Positions 1 to 14,416 of a stretch of DNA of 64,000 bases are shown here, one piece after another; the stretch's first letter is position 1, and the number at the start of each line of letters is the position of its first letter. The position numbers were made by a program, and so were the translations under genes. The DNA is from the human T2T-CHM13v2.0 reference genome, Homo sapiens. The notes beneath the pieces are model-generated. The model did no database searches. It saw nothing but the letters and a program-made list of their open reading frames with translations, and was not told where the DNA came from. Where the stretch lies: NCBI RefSeq assembly GCF_009914755.1, contig NC_060944.1, one strand, 5' to 3'.

Positions 1-1437
1 GCCTGTGAGTATTTCCCACCAAAGCTACCATCAAACATGGGGACAGTTGTCTTCAGAGACCCACAGTCTCCCAGAGGAACTTGGGGCATGGGCTGCATGG
101 GAGACCAGCTGCCTGGGAAAGACAGGCTTCCTAGGAATGGGAACTTGGCTTTTTATGTGTGTGAGAAATGTCAAATGTTTCCAAAACCAAATAGCTGTCA
201 ATATGGATATTTTCCCTAAACACATTGCTAGACAGACTGTAAACTTGGTGTCAGCAAAACCAACACTGGAATGGAAAATAAATGCATTGAAATTTAACAA
301 CTTGTATTGCTGTAACATTTGCAATAATGTCAATGCCAGTGCTAATGATGCTATGAAGACTCAGAACCAAGGGATTTTCAAGGTTTATTAATCCAACGGG
401 TTAGACTCCCCTTTCCAAAGTATCTTACCTCACCTATTCCCTTATTAACCTCTGATAATGCAGAAGTGATGTCTTTTATCACACTCCATTTCACCAGACG
501 CACTATACTTAATTTTCCATCGTTAGGTTTAATGAAAACCCAATTTCACAACTCACTTCTCTCAGGAACCTACAAGTAATGCTACGTTTTTATCAGGCCC
601 AATTAAAAGACGTTATGATGTTCCTGTTCAAGAGGGAGCCTTAAAACTAATGTGCGATTCTGCTGCTAATTCAACAAGGGCACTGGAATTCACACGCTGC
701 TCATAAAATGTAACTCACACCAGCTGGCCCAGGGACAGAGGATTTTTCATTTTTTCTCCTCACCAGCCCCTTAATTCTCATGCCTTCTTCTGATTTATGG
801 GTTTGGTATGTTTATTTATCGTGCAATAATATTTTGGATTTCTTTCACACTTTTTATATAGCTGTTACCTAACCCTGTGAATTCCCCTGCAGTAACTCTT
901 GTTACTGCCCGCGAGGAGCTTGTGGGATGGGCAGAAGGATTTTGGTGCTGTGTATGAGATTTTGGGTTACTGTCTCACTGATTTCCTCTTTGCTGTCTTC
1001 CTGCTCTCTCCTCCTCTTCCTTGGGATCCTAGATTCATCACCGCTGCTGCCCACCCTTATCCCCTGCCCCACTGCTACCAGCCATATAGATCTCCCTCTA
1101 CCTTTAGTCACATATTTCCATCACTTACTGGGAATTGCCACTCCAACTGGTTAAGAAATATTTAATGAGTACCTATACTGTACAATGCACGTTAGATATT
1201 GTGTTCATACAGCAGGGAGGTATGTTCAGGGAGAAATAAGCAGGCCACAGCCCTTGAAGGAGGGGAGAAGAAAATATAAGGTGTGCGTGAATAAGCCTAA
1301 GATAGGAAGAGACAGGCCCCTAAGAGATGGAAGAAGGATGTGCCATGGGGTTTGGCAATCTGGAAACATTCTCCAAGCATTAGGCATTCATGATCCACCT
1401 CTGTGTCTCTTGCCATAGTTGTGTACCATCTATGTGA

Positions 1438-1644
1438 CAGCTGTCCAATAGAACTTTCCACAACAATGGAAGTGTTCTACATCTATGCTCTGCAATTTGG
1501 TGGCCACTAATCACATGTGGCTACTGAGCGTCTGAAATGTGGCTGATGAGACAGAGGAGCTGAATTTTAAATTTTGTTTAATTTTAATTAATTCAAATAG
1601 AAATATTTACAGGTGGCTTATGTCTACTATATTGGGCAGTGCAG
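1438..1644 (+). mobile_element. MER3 (hAT-Charlie MITE)
   Basis: CTGTCCAATAGAACTTTC...CACATGTGGCTACTGAGC...ATTGGGCAGTGCAG. Confidence 0.85.
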
Positions 1645-1712
1645 ATATACAGAAAGAGATAGGGAAAGAAAGAGAGTTCTAGAGTCACACAGTGGGGCAA
1701 AGAGGTCTAGAA

Positions 1713-2031
1713 TAGCACTGGCCAGTGGAAATATATTGCAAGCCATGTATGTAATTTAAGATGGTCTTGTGGCAACATTAAATAAGGCGAAAAAGAACAC
1801 ATGAAAGTAATTTCAATAATACATTTTACCTAACCCCATATGTCTGAAATAATATTTCAACATATAATCACAAAAATTATTAATGCTATATTTTTACATT
1901 CTTTATTCACACAAAAGCTTTGAAATCCAACGTGTATTTTACACTTACAGCACATTTCAATTCAGACTGGCCATATTTCCAGGATTCAACAGACACTGGT
2001 AAATGGTAGGCTAATGTATGGGACAATGCAG
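1713..2031 (+). mobile_element. MER33 (hAT-Charlie MITE)
   Basis: GAAATATATTGCAAGCCA...GTGTATTTTACACTTACAGCACATTTCAATTCAGAC. Confidence 0.85.
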
Positions 2032-2140
2032 GTGCACACAGACTTATCCAGAGCCAGATCAAGTTCTAAAGAGAGGTAATTTAGAGCTGGAGTAAATGCT
2101 AAATAAAAAGACACTGATCCAGTGTAAAACAGCTCTCACC

Positions 2141-2345
2141 CAGCACTATCCAAAAGAACCTTACACATTGACACCAATGTTCTATATTTGCACTGTTCAA
2201 TATGGTAGTCACTGGCCATCTGTGGCTATTGAGCACTTTGAAATGTGCCTACTGGTGCTGAGGAAATGAATGTTTAATTTAATTTTGATTTATTTCAATT
2301 TAAATAGCCACAGGTGGCCAGTGGCTACTGTATTGAACAATGCAG
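2141..2345 (+). mobile_element. MER3 (second copy)
   Basis: CAGCACTATCCAAAAGAAC...AAATAGCCACAGGTGGCCAGTGGCTACTGTATTGAACAATGCAG. Confidence 0.85.
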
Positions 2346-2513
2346 ATCTACACAATTACATCTTCAAAACTTTTCTTCAGATAAACTCTCAACTATTTTT
2401 TTTAACTTTGCCTCATTATGAATGATAGTGCAACATAAAATCATGAATGTGATGTGCTAATTTTGTTTTAGTGCTCACTAAAATGTTTACATAACTATTT
2501 GAGAAGAAGTCGG

Positions 2514-2812
<299 letters not shown>

Positions 2813-2869
2813 GGGGGGTCTGTTCATGTTGCATGAGGGGAACTCAATCTGCACCCTGAGAAATGTTGA

Positions 2870-3055
2870 GTCTGGGTCCCAGAATCAGATAGAATGGGGT
2901 TTGGATCATTCCTTGGCCAAGTGACAAATCTTTCTGCATCTCAGTTTCTTTATCTATAATACAGAGAAAACACATGTTGTAAGGATTCAAAGAGATAGTG
3001 CATGCTGAGTGCTCAGTACAGTGTCTGGTATCCAGGAAGCAGTAAAAACCAGTAT
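2870..3055 (+). mobile_element. MIR
   Basis: CCTTGGCCAAGT...TCTCAGTTTCTTTATCTATAA...GTAAGGATT. Confidence 0.65.
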
Positions 3056-3713
3056 TTGTTCTGATGAATTTGTGCATAATGTCATATTGGACATATGAGA
3101 ATCCACACACTAGAGATGGCATCTAGGGAGTCATTTAGGGCTTCTTTCGCCTTTCCTTGTCTCCTCTCTGCTTTCCTTTATGACACACCCCAAAGCCATC
3201 TATTTTACTCCATTCCTGCTGCTATTGCCCTCATTCAGGTCTTCATGACAGGACTACTCCATCAGTTTCCTGATGGCCCTTCCTTCTTTCACAGTTCCCT
3301 TTACAGAGCTTTGATCAAGTCATTTTTCTTAGCAAAAGTCTTCAGGGAGTCAAGACAAAATTTCTTAACTAGCTAATCAAATTCCTGTAGTTCCTTACCA
3401 GTATCAATGTATTTCTTCTATCACTATTCATCCTAGCTCCATGTGCTCTTTAGGGCAGGAGAGTATGAAGAGTGATGTGTAAGTAGCTAGCGACTGCTCA
3501 TTGAGAGGAGAGAGTCTGGAAGAGGAGAGAAGTTTTGAGGTGAAGAGGAGGCTGGGTCACCTGCACAGAGTGGGGATGCAACTGGAACCAACACTGTGGG
3601 GACTGTGGCAACAGCAGGTATCAGAGTCAAAGCACAGACTCACTCTGAAGATAAAACATTGGATTCAAATGTGATCTTCACAGATTTCTAGCTATAGGAC
3701 CTCAAATAAGTTA

Positions 3714-4169
3714 CAGCTGACCCTTGAATAACATGGAGGTTAGGGGAACCAACCCTCTGTGGAGTTGAAAATCCATGTATAACTTATGACGCCCTCAAAA
3801 CTTAACTACTAATAGCCTACTGTTGAGCAGAAGCCTTATTGATAACATAAACAGCTGATTAACACACATGTTGTATGTTATATGTGTTATATATTGTATT
3901 CCTACAGTAAAGTAAGCTAGAGAAAAGAAAATGTTATTGAGAAAATCATAAGGAAGAGAAAATATATTTACTATTTATTAAGTGGAAGTGGATCATCATA
4001 CAGTTCTTCATCCTCATTGTCTACACATTGAGTAGACTGAGGAGGAGGAGGAGGAGGAGGAGGAAGAAGAAAGGTTGGTCTTGCTGTCTCAGGAGTGACA
4101 GAGTCAGAAGAAAATTCATATATTAAGTAGAGCTGTGCAGTTCAAACCCATGTTGTTCAAGGGTAACCA
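3714..4169. mobile_element. Tigger2a (MER28), inserted at a TA within a MIR (~3625-4280)
   Basis: TIRs CAGCTGACCCTTGAATAACA / TGTTGTTCAAGGGTAAC with flanking TA. MIR core AAGTTA|CTTTGAGCC is split by it. Confidence 0.88.
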
Positions 4170-5617
4170 TACTTTGAGCCTAAGGTCTTTATTTGTAATT
4201 GCTGATGGTGATGACAATGATCATGATTGATCATCATCATCTTCTTCTGAGAAGGTTGTTGCAAGGGTTAAATGTGATTCCACTGGAAGAAATCTCAAGG
4301 TGGAACCTGGCTGGCAGTCAGTGCCTCCCCTCTTCTCCCTCACAAAATACTAGAAAAGGCTCAAGATAATAAACTTGTAACAGCTCTGAAATCTAAGTCT
4401 ATCCACTAACCTATTGCCAGAATCTGGGAAGAAAACTTGTTTATTATTGCAGCAGCACACATCCCATGTGCAGGAAGATATATATTTCAACTGCTAAAAA
4501 TTTCTCGAAAATCCCTCTCTCAATTGATTCAACATAATCTCTCAATTGATTCAACCACAGGTAGTTTCCCCTCCAACGCTGGAAGTGATTACATTTCCTT
4601 GTTGAAGCATAAGATGAAGCAGTTGGCTTGTGCTTAGGAGTCATGTTGTAAGAATGCTCTGTTCTGTGTTTCTGAATTCTAGACTTGCACTAGCATAGGT
4701 GTATGAGATTTGTGACCCCTGAGGAACAGTAGATTCACATCCTCTTACTCAATGTAACAACAGATGGATTTACCTTTTCCCATCTTTCTTATGTCTGACC
4801 AAACACATAGTAGGGTTGAACTTGTAGAACTAATAGTAATAGAATGCCACTCCACTGTGCCATTTTCTATGGAGCTGAAACAAACATGATACAATTGACT
4901 TTGATAGACTTTGTTACTTGGGATAAAGCAAACCCAATGGCCTGAAGAACAGAAAAGAAATGCTTCCAATTTTCTCATTTTAATTCCTGAGCTCAGAGAA
5001 TCAAAGACTGTATCAACCATATAGCAGGGTTGGGGCATTTCCAAGCTCTTTCTCCTCCTAAACCTCCATCACTGGGGTCTTTGACATGGTAAAGACAAAA
5101 GATGGTATCTTTGTTTCCGAGACGCAGATTCAGTGTTAGGAAGCAATTGTGATGGGAACAGTCATGGGAAAATGCTTCTAGGATTCATTTACTGTTTCTG
5201 ATAAAGAGATCAATCCTCCTGCTTGTGGGGGAGAGTATGAATTCCTTCTTTCACAGCACTCACACCAGATGGAAGGATGGTGTTAGACACTCTATGTAGG
5301 GATGGGGGCTATAAACATCCATTGCTCCTCTTGCTTAAACCACTGCCAGAATTTGGGAGGAATATTGATGAATTATAGCAGCATCACACATGCCAGGATG
5401 GTATGGAATAAAAGGATTCCAACAATAACTAGTTGGACAGTGAGGCAACGATGAGGATCTACCTCCTCTATTTACTGGCAAGCAACAGGTCTGGAGAGAC
5501 TTCTCTTCCTTTAAAGTTAAATAAACAGAAACAAGATAATATGAGGTCTTAGAAGAAAATCCACCATGTTAACAGTAAGGAAAGTGATAGCCTGGATACC
5601 GTGAAAAGTACAATTTT

Positions 5618-5620
<3 letters not shown>

Positions 5621-5672
<52 letters not shown>
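5621..5672. repeat. (AC)26 microsatellite
   Basis: Direct reading. Confidence 0.98.
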
Positions 5673-5674
<2 letters not shown>

Positions 5675-5679
5675 CAGTC

Positions 5680-6217
5680 AGTATTGACTGTTGACCCAAG
5701 AGCCATCCCCTGTCTTGTTATTTTCTGGCTAAGTTCACCGTATGACTTGGTGGGGGCGGGGGCAGGGAATGACCCTACTCCCAAAACAAGGGACAAATTC
5801 TGATGTCCCTACGCCATCAAGGTGTTCCGATACCTTTTGCAAGTTAAATAAAAATCTTTTATATGATATGGGAGGGAAGTTCCATTAGAAGGCTTCTAGG
5901 AAAGGTTCTCTTATCTCTAAGAAGGACAATCCAGTGGCCCGTCTCTGCCACCAGACAGTACCATGTCTGTGTGTGATGCCTGGAACTGCTGAAACAATCT
6001 TGCATCCATGAGGGGAGCTGGGCTGAGGTTGCCCTCATGCCAAGATAAGAGGATGAAGAGGAGAGCTTGAAAGAATGTGGGTCCTCAATGACATTCATGG
6101 GCATCTCATTCAACCAACTCTAACACTTGACTTCCTGTTCTAGAAGATAATACATTAACTTGCTGCTTAAGCCATTTTTATTCATTTTTTTTCTGTTACT
6201 GGTATCTTAATCTAAAC
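5680..6217 (+). mobile_element. MLT1J/K-like MaLR LTR
   Basis: TGTGATGCCTGGAACTGCTG..ATCTTGC..CCATGAGGGG and TTAAGCCA..TTTCTGTTACT. Confidence 0.65.
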
Positions 6218-6219
6218 AA

Positions 6220-8250
6220 CAGAAAGTAGAAGTGCATTTTAGGTTCCTTGAAGTTTATTGAAAACGAAATGCGAGAAAAGATAGAAGAATAAAGGAAATT
6301 AAAGGTGAAATAATAAGACTAAGACAACAGACTTTTCCCAAAATAGATCAAGTTAAGAAGTAGCTAGAAAAAATATTTACTGGGTGAGGTAAGAAACAAT
6401 TGTAAAGAAACCAAAATGCAATACCAGAATTAAAATGGGCACTGGAATCTGTAATGAGAATAAGCAACAGGCTTGTGGAGAATTAATTTGAAAAACTTGG
6501 AAATTAAAACGCAAGGAAAGCAGAACAATACAATGTATATTTCCTTTGTATATATCATCTGCTCATGTGTGTTCATGTGTGAAGGGAACAAAAAGACATT
6601 TTTAGAGAAAAGAAAACAAACATATAAAAGACATAATTGCTGTTACAGAAGAACAGAATAAATGGAACAGAAGCACATTATGTGTCCTTTCTTATCAGGA
6701 CACAATATTAAAACAACTCATTGGCAAAATAAAAACTTAAATCTTCACGTGTAAAGAGTTCTCCACCTACAACTTAAAAATAGAGCCTATATTCTGATAC
6801 AATTGTTTAAATATTATTGATGTAGAAATACTCAGATAAACATCTAGGCTGGAAAATGGCTATGTATAAAAAATCAGAAACTACGTTACTCATACATTTT
6901 CTTGCCCAAATTTAAATTCCAGAAAACAATGAAACAAAATTTTTCAAGTAAAAATGATGTGGCTAAAAAATTATACAGTAAATAGTTTTTCATTTGCGAA
7001 GCTACAGAAAGGCATTCCCTGACACATAAAGAATAAGAAGTTATGTTGGCTCTGATTCTTTTCCAGAGGGTTGGGTAGCTGATAAAGCTAGTCAAGGATG
7101 TGAGTCCAGAAATAGAGAAAAAAACATCCACAAGAATGGAAGAAGTCTTGTTATAAAAAAAGTTGATTTGGTAAACACAGATATGAGTGTAAAAATCACA
7201 ATAAATGTGAATCAAAACAGAATGAACTATAAGAGGTAATGCTTAAAGAGAAATCAGATTTAAAAATCTAATATAAAAATTCTTGGCTAAAATTTCCAAT
7301 TGTATTAACAAAAACCAGGAAGTGGGTGACTGATACATCACTAGGAATAAAAGTATATTATCTTCTTCACCTTTCATAATGGATATTCAATGTGTACTAT
7401 TTCAATCCTGACACTCTTAATTGAAGAACACAATTTTAAGCGAATGTGTATGTACTGTACAGGGTACTGTAGAGGTGTGCATGTGTGCGTGTGTGTGTTT
7501 AAGGCATCAACTACTAGCATAACAAGAAGAATGAACAGGATTCAAATAGAGATAAAAAAACAAAACAAAAGAAAACCCTGACTTCTAGTACAAGTGCATC
7601 TGGCATCCAAATTTTGTTACTTGTTTGATAGAAGCACCTGCCAACATAGAAATCAACATTAAAAAAACTGTGTAATACCACTGAAAACTACACTGTCCTG
7701 ACAAGCAAATGAGAAATCATCCTGTAGAGGTATTTTCATAATCCAAGGCACATTAATTCCCACAGAACAAAACTGCCTCCACTAAAGACGAACTCATAGT
7801 AAAAAATAAATTATAAAGAATGACAAGAGCCTTGTAAGGAATCTTATCCCCATAGGAGAGAGTCAGAAGTCATCATACACAGAAAAATACACCTCTCAAG
7901 AATTGAAAATAATAAAACAATCAAAGAGACTATTAAGTAAATACATTTAGATTGATTAAAGAGAAAAAAGAAGGAATATGAACCATTGCAATAATGCACA
8001 CATGACAGAAAAAGGATAGGTGGGTTTGAAAAATATACATTCAACTTCTTGAGATAAAAAAACATAGTCATTGAAAATAGAAAGAAAGTAAATATGTATA
8101 TAAGAACAGACATGGAACATAACACAAGTTAAAGATACAGCAGAGGAGCTGAAAAAAAACAGCAAAAGCTGGCTCTTTCCTTTGAAAACACCAACAAATT
8201 AGACAAACCTCTGCCAAAAAATGATTAAGGAAAAAAGACACAAATAAGCC
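6220..8250 (+). mobile_element. Highly decayed L1M/HAL1-like ORF1-region fragments
   Basis: Strong A skew with weak resemblance to old L1 5'/ORF1 sequence. Boundaries are uncertain. Confidence 0.45.
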
Positions 8251-8404
8251 ACTTCACAGTTGTTAGAGACTGACAGAACATTTTTAGCCCAGGCTTAGAC
8301 TGGAGAATGATTAATGACCAGAGAAGCCCTGAGACACATCTCAAGACTCTGATGGACGTGGTCAGGGTCAGCTGGTAAACACCAGCCCATCACCTGGGTG
8401 CTAG

Positions 8405-8708
8405 CTTTTTAAAAAAGAAGTCATATTTTGAGATCATTACAGATTCACATGCAATCGTAAGAAATAACATAAACGGGTCTTAAATACCCTTCACCCAGTT
8501 TTCCCCAATGTTAACACTTGTGTAACTATAGTACAATATTATAACCAGAAAATTGACATATATGTTACTGATCTTATTCAGATTTCATTAGTTTTACATG
8601 CGCTTGTGTGTATGTTTAATTTATGCAATTTTATCCCATGTGTAGACCTGTGTGACCACCATCACAGTCAAGATGCAGAAATGGTTACATCACAAGGACC
8701 TCTCATGC
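8405..8708 (-). mobile_element. L1MC1/2-like 3' end
   Basis: AGATTCACATGCA..GTAAGAAATAA..CCCTTCACCCAGTTTTCCCCAATG..TAACTATAGTACAAT. Confidence 0.75.
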
Positions 8709-10781
8709 AATGGAACACTAGCGCTGAGTTTCTTCTTTCTACACTAAGACCTGGTTACTAGATTCTGGGAGACTGCAGCAATAATGAAAAGAATTGTCTC
8801 TCAGTGAAATGCCAAACTCCGCTAGGGATCGACAAACTGGGATCCCATCTTTCCTGATGCTCCTTTAATCCAGGCTTCCACAGGACCACAATATGTGGCT
8901 GGTCATACATGCTGTGCACTGTTCAATTTTAGAGGGTGTCATTCCTTTGACGGCCTTGCTCTTGTGATCTACAAGGGCCATCAATCTTGACTTGTTCCAG
9001 TGACTAGCGGTTATTATTTTCATTTTGAGTAAATCAAGTGGAAAGTTTCACCCATCTGGTCTAGAGAGGAAGCAATAAGCAAAGCATCAGTCTATGGACT
9101 TAGTTCCCTAAGAGCTGAGGCAGAGTTAGGAAAGGAGACCTCTGTTCAGAGATTCTTCTATGTGTCTGGAGTGAACTGGGCCACAATAAAGGGTTTTGTG
9201 CATGTCATGTGTGTGGGGAGTGTGTGTATCCTGGCAAGCATGTGAGTTTTCCCTTACCTCTTCTCCAACCAGATATAAATGGCTTTTTATCTGTTTTAGA
9301 AAATAAACATCTAGGTATAATTTTGTTCAAAAAAGGGTTTCACTATTTTTTAAAAAACTTTCAAAATAATTTTTTTCTTTTTGTCAAAATTCTATCAAAA
9401 TCAGTGAGGAAAGAGGCAGCAAAAATGCTGATACCAGTGTTCCACAGCATAGGTTGTATAAACAATACATTTGGAAAAAAAATGAAAGGTCGTTGAGTTT
9501 GCCAGAGCAACAGATGTTTAGTAGTGATAGGGATTCTCTGTGGCTGGCCTTAACCACTTAGTGATCAAACTAGGAAGTGAGGGAATAAAGCTGAGGGGCG
9601 TGCATGGAATCCTGGAAGTATTTTGTTGCACCACAAAGAAGAAGGGATATAATTATGGACTTTTTAAGTCTTTTAACTCACTGGAAATATAAGCCCTTTT
9701 TGGTAACATGTAGGTTGATTATTTAATTCTTGCATATTCACCATCCATTTATACTTTCAGAGACACTTGTTGTTGAAAATAATGGCCTTAAAAAATGCTG
9801 AACTTTGACCGGTAGAAGAATAACCCATAAATAGACATTGAAATATACGCCTAAAGAATTTTATAAACTGATGATAAAGTAGAGTACAAATATTGGTTGG
9901 CAAAGAATGGATTCCCAGAGAGTGTATTATTTTTCAGAAGAGAATGAAGTATATTAAAGTAGATGAAACTGTAAGGTGGCTTAGTGTTAGAAAGATTAAT
10001 ATTATTGGAAAGTTACTTCATGCTTTCAGTAAGAAGTTCTGCATGTGACTATGGCTTGTTAAGATAAATAGCATATGCAAAAGAACTTAGAAGAACATGT
10101 CTTGGTCAGTAAGTTACTCAAAGCATAAATAATAAAGAAAGGTAAATCACACAGTTTTAATATTCTTGCAAGCATGAAGGGAGTGATAAGGGTGTGGCAT
10201 TTGAGAGGAGTTTATATGGAAGGAAAGACTGGGATTAAATGAGGAAGGATCTGAGTTATAGATAAAGGGATTGATTGAGGCAGCAAGCACAAGAAATGGA
10301 AAGCGACTCTGCATGTCAGTTCTGTGTTTCACAGAGCCACTACCAGCATAAATAAAACCCGGTATTGATAGATCCATGTGGACTCACCTGCCCCTATTCT
10401 CAAACCATCACTTAAAGGAAAACTTGGGCAGGTGAACTTATCCTCAAAGTGGGGCCCTGTGTTGACAGGGACTGCCAGCAACTCGGACAGTCTTCTGCCT
10501 TGAAAATTCTAGAGTGTTTGAAGAATCTGATATATTGAGGAAAACGGCAAGTCCAATAGGAAAGACTGAGAGGCTCACACAATACTCTCTGAAGACAGGG
10601 TAGTGGTCTAACACGTACAGACTTTGGACATGAATAGGGCTGAGTGAGAACCCTGACACCATCACCTACTGCCTGTGTGATTTTGGGCAAGTTACTCAAT
10701 CTCTCTGAACCAGTTTCTGCAAAGCCTTTATGGCTAGTATCTCTGAAAACTGGAGATAGAAAGAGAAAATCAAGCACTGAT

Positions 10782-10845
10782 TTATAATTGTTAGAAGCTC
10801 AACACATCAGAGGTTATAATTGTTAGAAGTTCAACACATCAGAGG
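10782..10845. repeat. 32-bp tandem duplication
   Basis: TTATAATTGTTAGAAG(C/T)TCAACACATCAGAGG occurs twice with one mismatch. Confidence 0.95.
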
Positions 10846-11379
10846 TTAATACAACAGAAGAAGAGATAGTCATTTCTCTCCATGGCCAGGATCCTCAAAT
10901 CTGCTGCCCCTCTCTTTCCCTATCCATAGTGGCTGAAACAACATCCTTACAACTCCTTGAATCCCCTCTTCCTTCTCCATGTTCTTTTCTCCAAAATAAG
11001 GCATGAGAACTTTTTCAAAGGCCAAAGCTGAGCATGTCACCTCCCTGCTCAAACTTTTTATTGGATGCCCACTGTCCTTTGGCTATGTTCCAGATTTAAG
11101 ATATTTAATATGGCTTCAAGGCTATGATTGGTCTAGCTCTCACCAATCTCATTTGCCTCATCTTGTGTCTCTCTGTCCTTTCCCCTCTAGGCTGCAGCCA
11201 CACTGTCTCCTCACTGAATTCTCGCCCACCTGAGAATCTGTACAGGACGTGCTATTCTCCTGGAGTGTTTATAACTTTTCCCCCAAACTTCCAAGGCCAC
11301 GTGGACTCCTATTCATCCTTCAGCACTCAGCTCAAGTCAATTCCTCCTCTAGAATAAACAAACCCATCTGTGGTATGAA

Positions 11380-11790
11380 TGAATGGTGGTTACCAATTGG
11401 GTTGAGTAGGGGCAGGGGATGGCTGGGAATGGGCATGAGGGATCTTCCTGGCAAGTCTGTATATTACTAGGGGGCTGGGTTGCAAAGTGTATGCAATTGT
11501 TGAACTCATAAAATGGAAAACCTAAGATTTCTGTGTTTTTTTGCAAGTAAATTTTATCTCAAAGGAAAAAACCAGACTCTTGAGTCGGCATTAATGATGT
11601 GTACAGTTAAATATTGGGAGGAAAGGGAAGTGTAGTGATGTCTAAAATTTCCTTTGATATGCATAAAAATTAAGATGGATTGAAGGATGGATAGATGGGA
11701 AGATAGGTAATAAAATAAATATAGTAAAATGTTAATAGTAGAATCTAGGGGATGACTGGTCACTAAAAGTATTTTAACTTTTCTGAATGA
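11380..11790 (+). mobile_element. Old L1 (L1MC/ME) 3' end
   Basis: GTGGTTACC...GGGCATGAGGGA..TTCCTGG and AAAATGTTAATAGTAGAATCTAGG. Confidence 0.6.
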
Positions 11791-12993
11791 AGATATCAAG
11801 GAAGACATCTCTGTCTGCCTCCATCCCCATCTGAGGGTCCCATGTTATATCCTAACAGTATCATTTTCATGAATTACAATATATGTATATTCCTGAACAT
11901 ACATCGTCTTCATGAATTACTATAGTTATTGAATAATAGTGAGATTAGTATCTTATCCTTCACCGGACTGTAAGCTCCATGAAGACAGGTATCATATCTG
12001 TGTTGTTTACTCGTGTATCTCCAGAATCTAGTGCCTACTCTGGAAACACTCATTTGTTAGGTACACCTTGCTCTCTGAAATCCACCCTCCACCTTGTTGA
12101 TAAATACAATGTTTGTTTATCTTCAAGGTTCATCTGTCATGTCTTCTAATTCTTTTGGTGAGGATATCATGATCTCTATTTCCTGCCTCAGTTCCATTTG
12201 CCTTGGTGAGTGTGGGGAGGTTGATAAGCCACATTTACTCAAAATGCATATCTTCTCCTGATGGGCTTCTGGTGATTTTAACTACACTCAGATCCGAAGC
12301 TCTTCTCTCAGAGTGAAAATGTTCAGCTTCACTGTGGCTCCAGGGGACTGGACATGATTTGGAGTTTCTCATTGGCTCCAGGGTTGTATGTGCACTGAAA
12401 ACAACTGGCCCAGAATTTTGTATTATGTATATATCACCAAACTCCATAACCTGCACACTTATGGGAAGATGTGTGATAGAAGGAAAAGACTAAGTAATGC
12501 CTCACACTGAAAATACAGACTGCTCCTATTTTCTATCTCTCATTCATAAAAATTATAATAAGACTAAGGAATGCAAAATAGTTGCAGAGTAATACTTAGC
12601 TAAACTAGAAAAACTCAATTTTGACAGGTTTTTACAATCTTCAGCCTGACAGGTGACTTTGTCTTTTGTTGATGTGCAAGAAAGAGAAAATGAAATAATT
12701 AAACTTGTCTGAAAGATGAAATTTAAATGTGCAACAGATGTTTGAAAGAGTTTGCCATTGTTGTGGGTGGATAAAAGCTTCCTTTCTCCATTTCAAACTA
12801 TGCCCTGGATATTTAGGCTGAGTTTGTGGATATTATGAACTACAAAGACAACGGGACATTAAGACAATGGAAAGAACACAGTTTGGGAGTTACAAGACCT
12901 GAGTTTTCATCCTGGTGTTACCACTAAATTATCTTGCACAATTACCTTCACCTTTGTGGACCTTAATTTTAAAACCAGGCAGCTGAATTAGAC

Positions 12994-13149
12994 CAATGCT
13001 TCTCAAGGTGTAATGTACATATCTAGAGATCTTCTATAGGCAGATTCTAATACAGTGGGCTGAAGTGTGGCCTGAGAGCCTGCATTTGTAACAAGCTCTC
13101 AGGTGATGCTGATGATGCTGGTCCATGGACCACACCTTGAGTAGTGAGG
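12994..13149. mobile_element. MER5A1, inserted in a MIR
   Basis: CAATGCTTCTCAA...GGTCCATGGACCACACCTTGAGTAGTGAGG. Confidence 0.8.
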
Positions 13150-13635
13150 GATTAGGTGGTCTCTAAGGGAGCTTCCAGTTAAAAGATACAATGTGTTCTT
13201 TAAAGGTCCTGGAATTTCTCTTAAAAAAGCAAACATTATTCTTTCTGCTCTTACTGAATGAATGAAGTAGTACAGCTTAGTATTGTTCAAAACCAACCAA
13301 AAAATGCAACTAATTAAATCTGATGGCCTTAACCCTGGAAAGAACAGATACCTAACACTCTCATAAGAATGAATAAAGCAGTGTGTCCCCATCAAGGTTC
13401 AGCCTGGCTGATCCTCAGGTGCTGAATTATAGAGGCTGATCACTGAAATGCCAAACTACTTTGTTTTATATAGTAGATTCCAAATGCTAGTACCGTACAA
13501 GAGTCATTCAAAGAACATACTAAATATAGATTCCTTTGCTCCATATTCTAGACATAAGGATTTAGTGGCTTTAGTTTGGGGCCAGTCATGTTTTGGGAAC
13601 TACTGTTATAACCATTTTATGGGGGGGCAGGATAG

Positions 13636-14151
<516 letters not shown>

Positions 14152-14416
14152 TGAAGAATCCTAGTGATTCTCATAGTAATAAAGGTGTGCAAGTCATAAG
14201 GGAGTCAATGTTACAGGGAAACAGTCCCTGAATAGTTGCCCTTATGGGATGTCAAAGCTTTGAGGATCCCTGGCAGCTGCAATGAGAGGTCTGGACTGTA
14301 ATTCCTATCTTCTTGTCTATTGAAATGCATCAGAAGAACCAGGGTTAAATCCTGGCTCTACTACTTATTAGTCAAAGGCTTTGGGCAAATTAATTAACAT
14401 CTCACATGTTAAGCCA

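Noticed and set aside
5-391. 128-aa and 100-aa ORFs at the window start
   Set aside because: No recognisable homology or exon structure, and neither resembles the next PTPRT exon, which must lie outside the window.
434-451. Possible 18-nt in-frame microexon on minus (TGCATTATCAG|...|GTGAGG)
   Set aside because: The pyrimidine tract is poor, and a stronger donor 5 nt away gives a frameshifting 23-nt exon. No other support.
4204-4241. GAT/ATC quasi-palindrome
   Set aside because: Low-complexity trinucleotide arms in a MIR; easily arises by chance.
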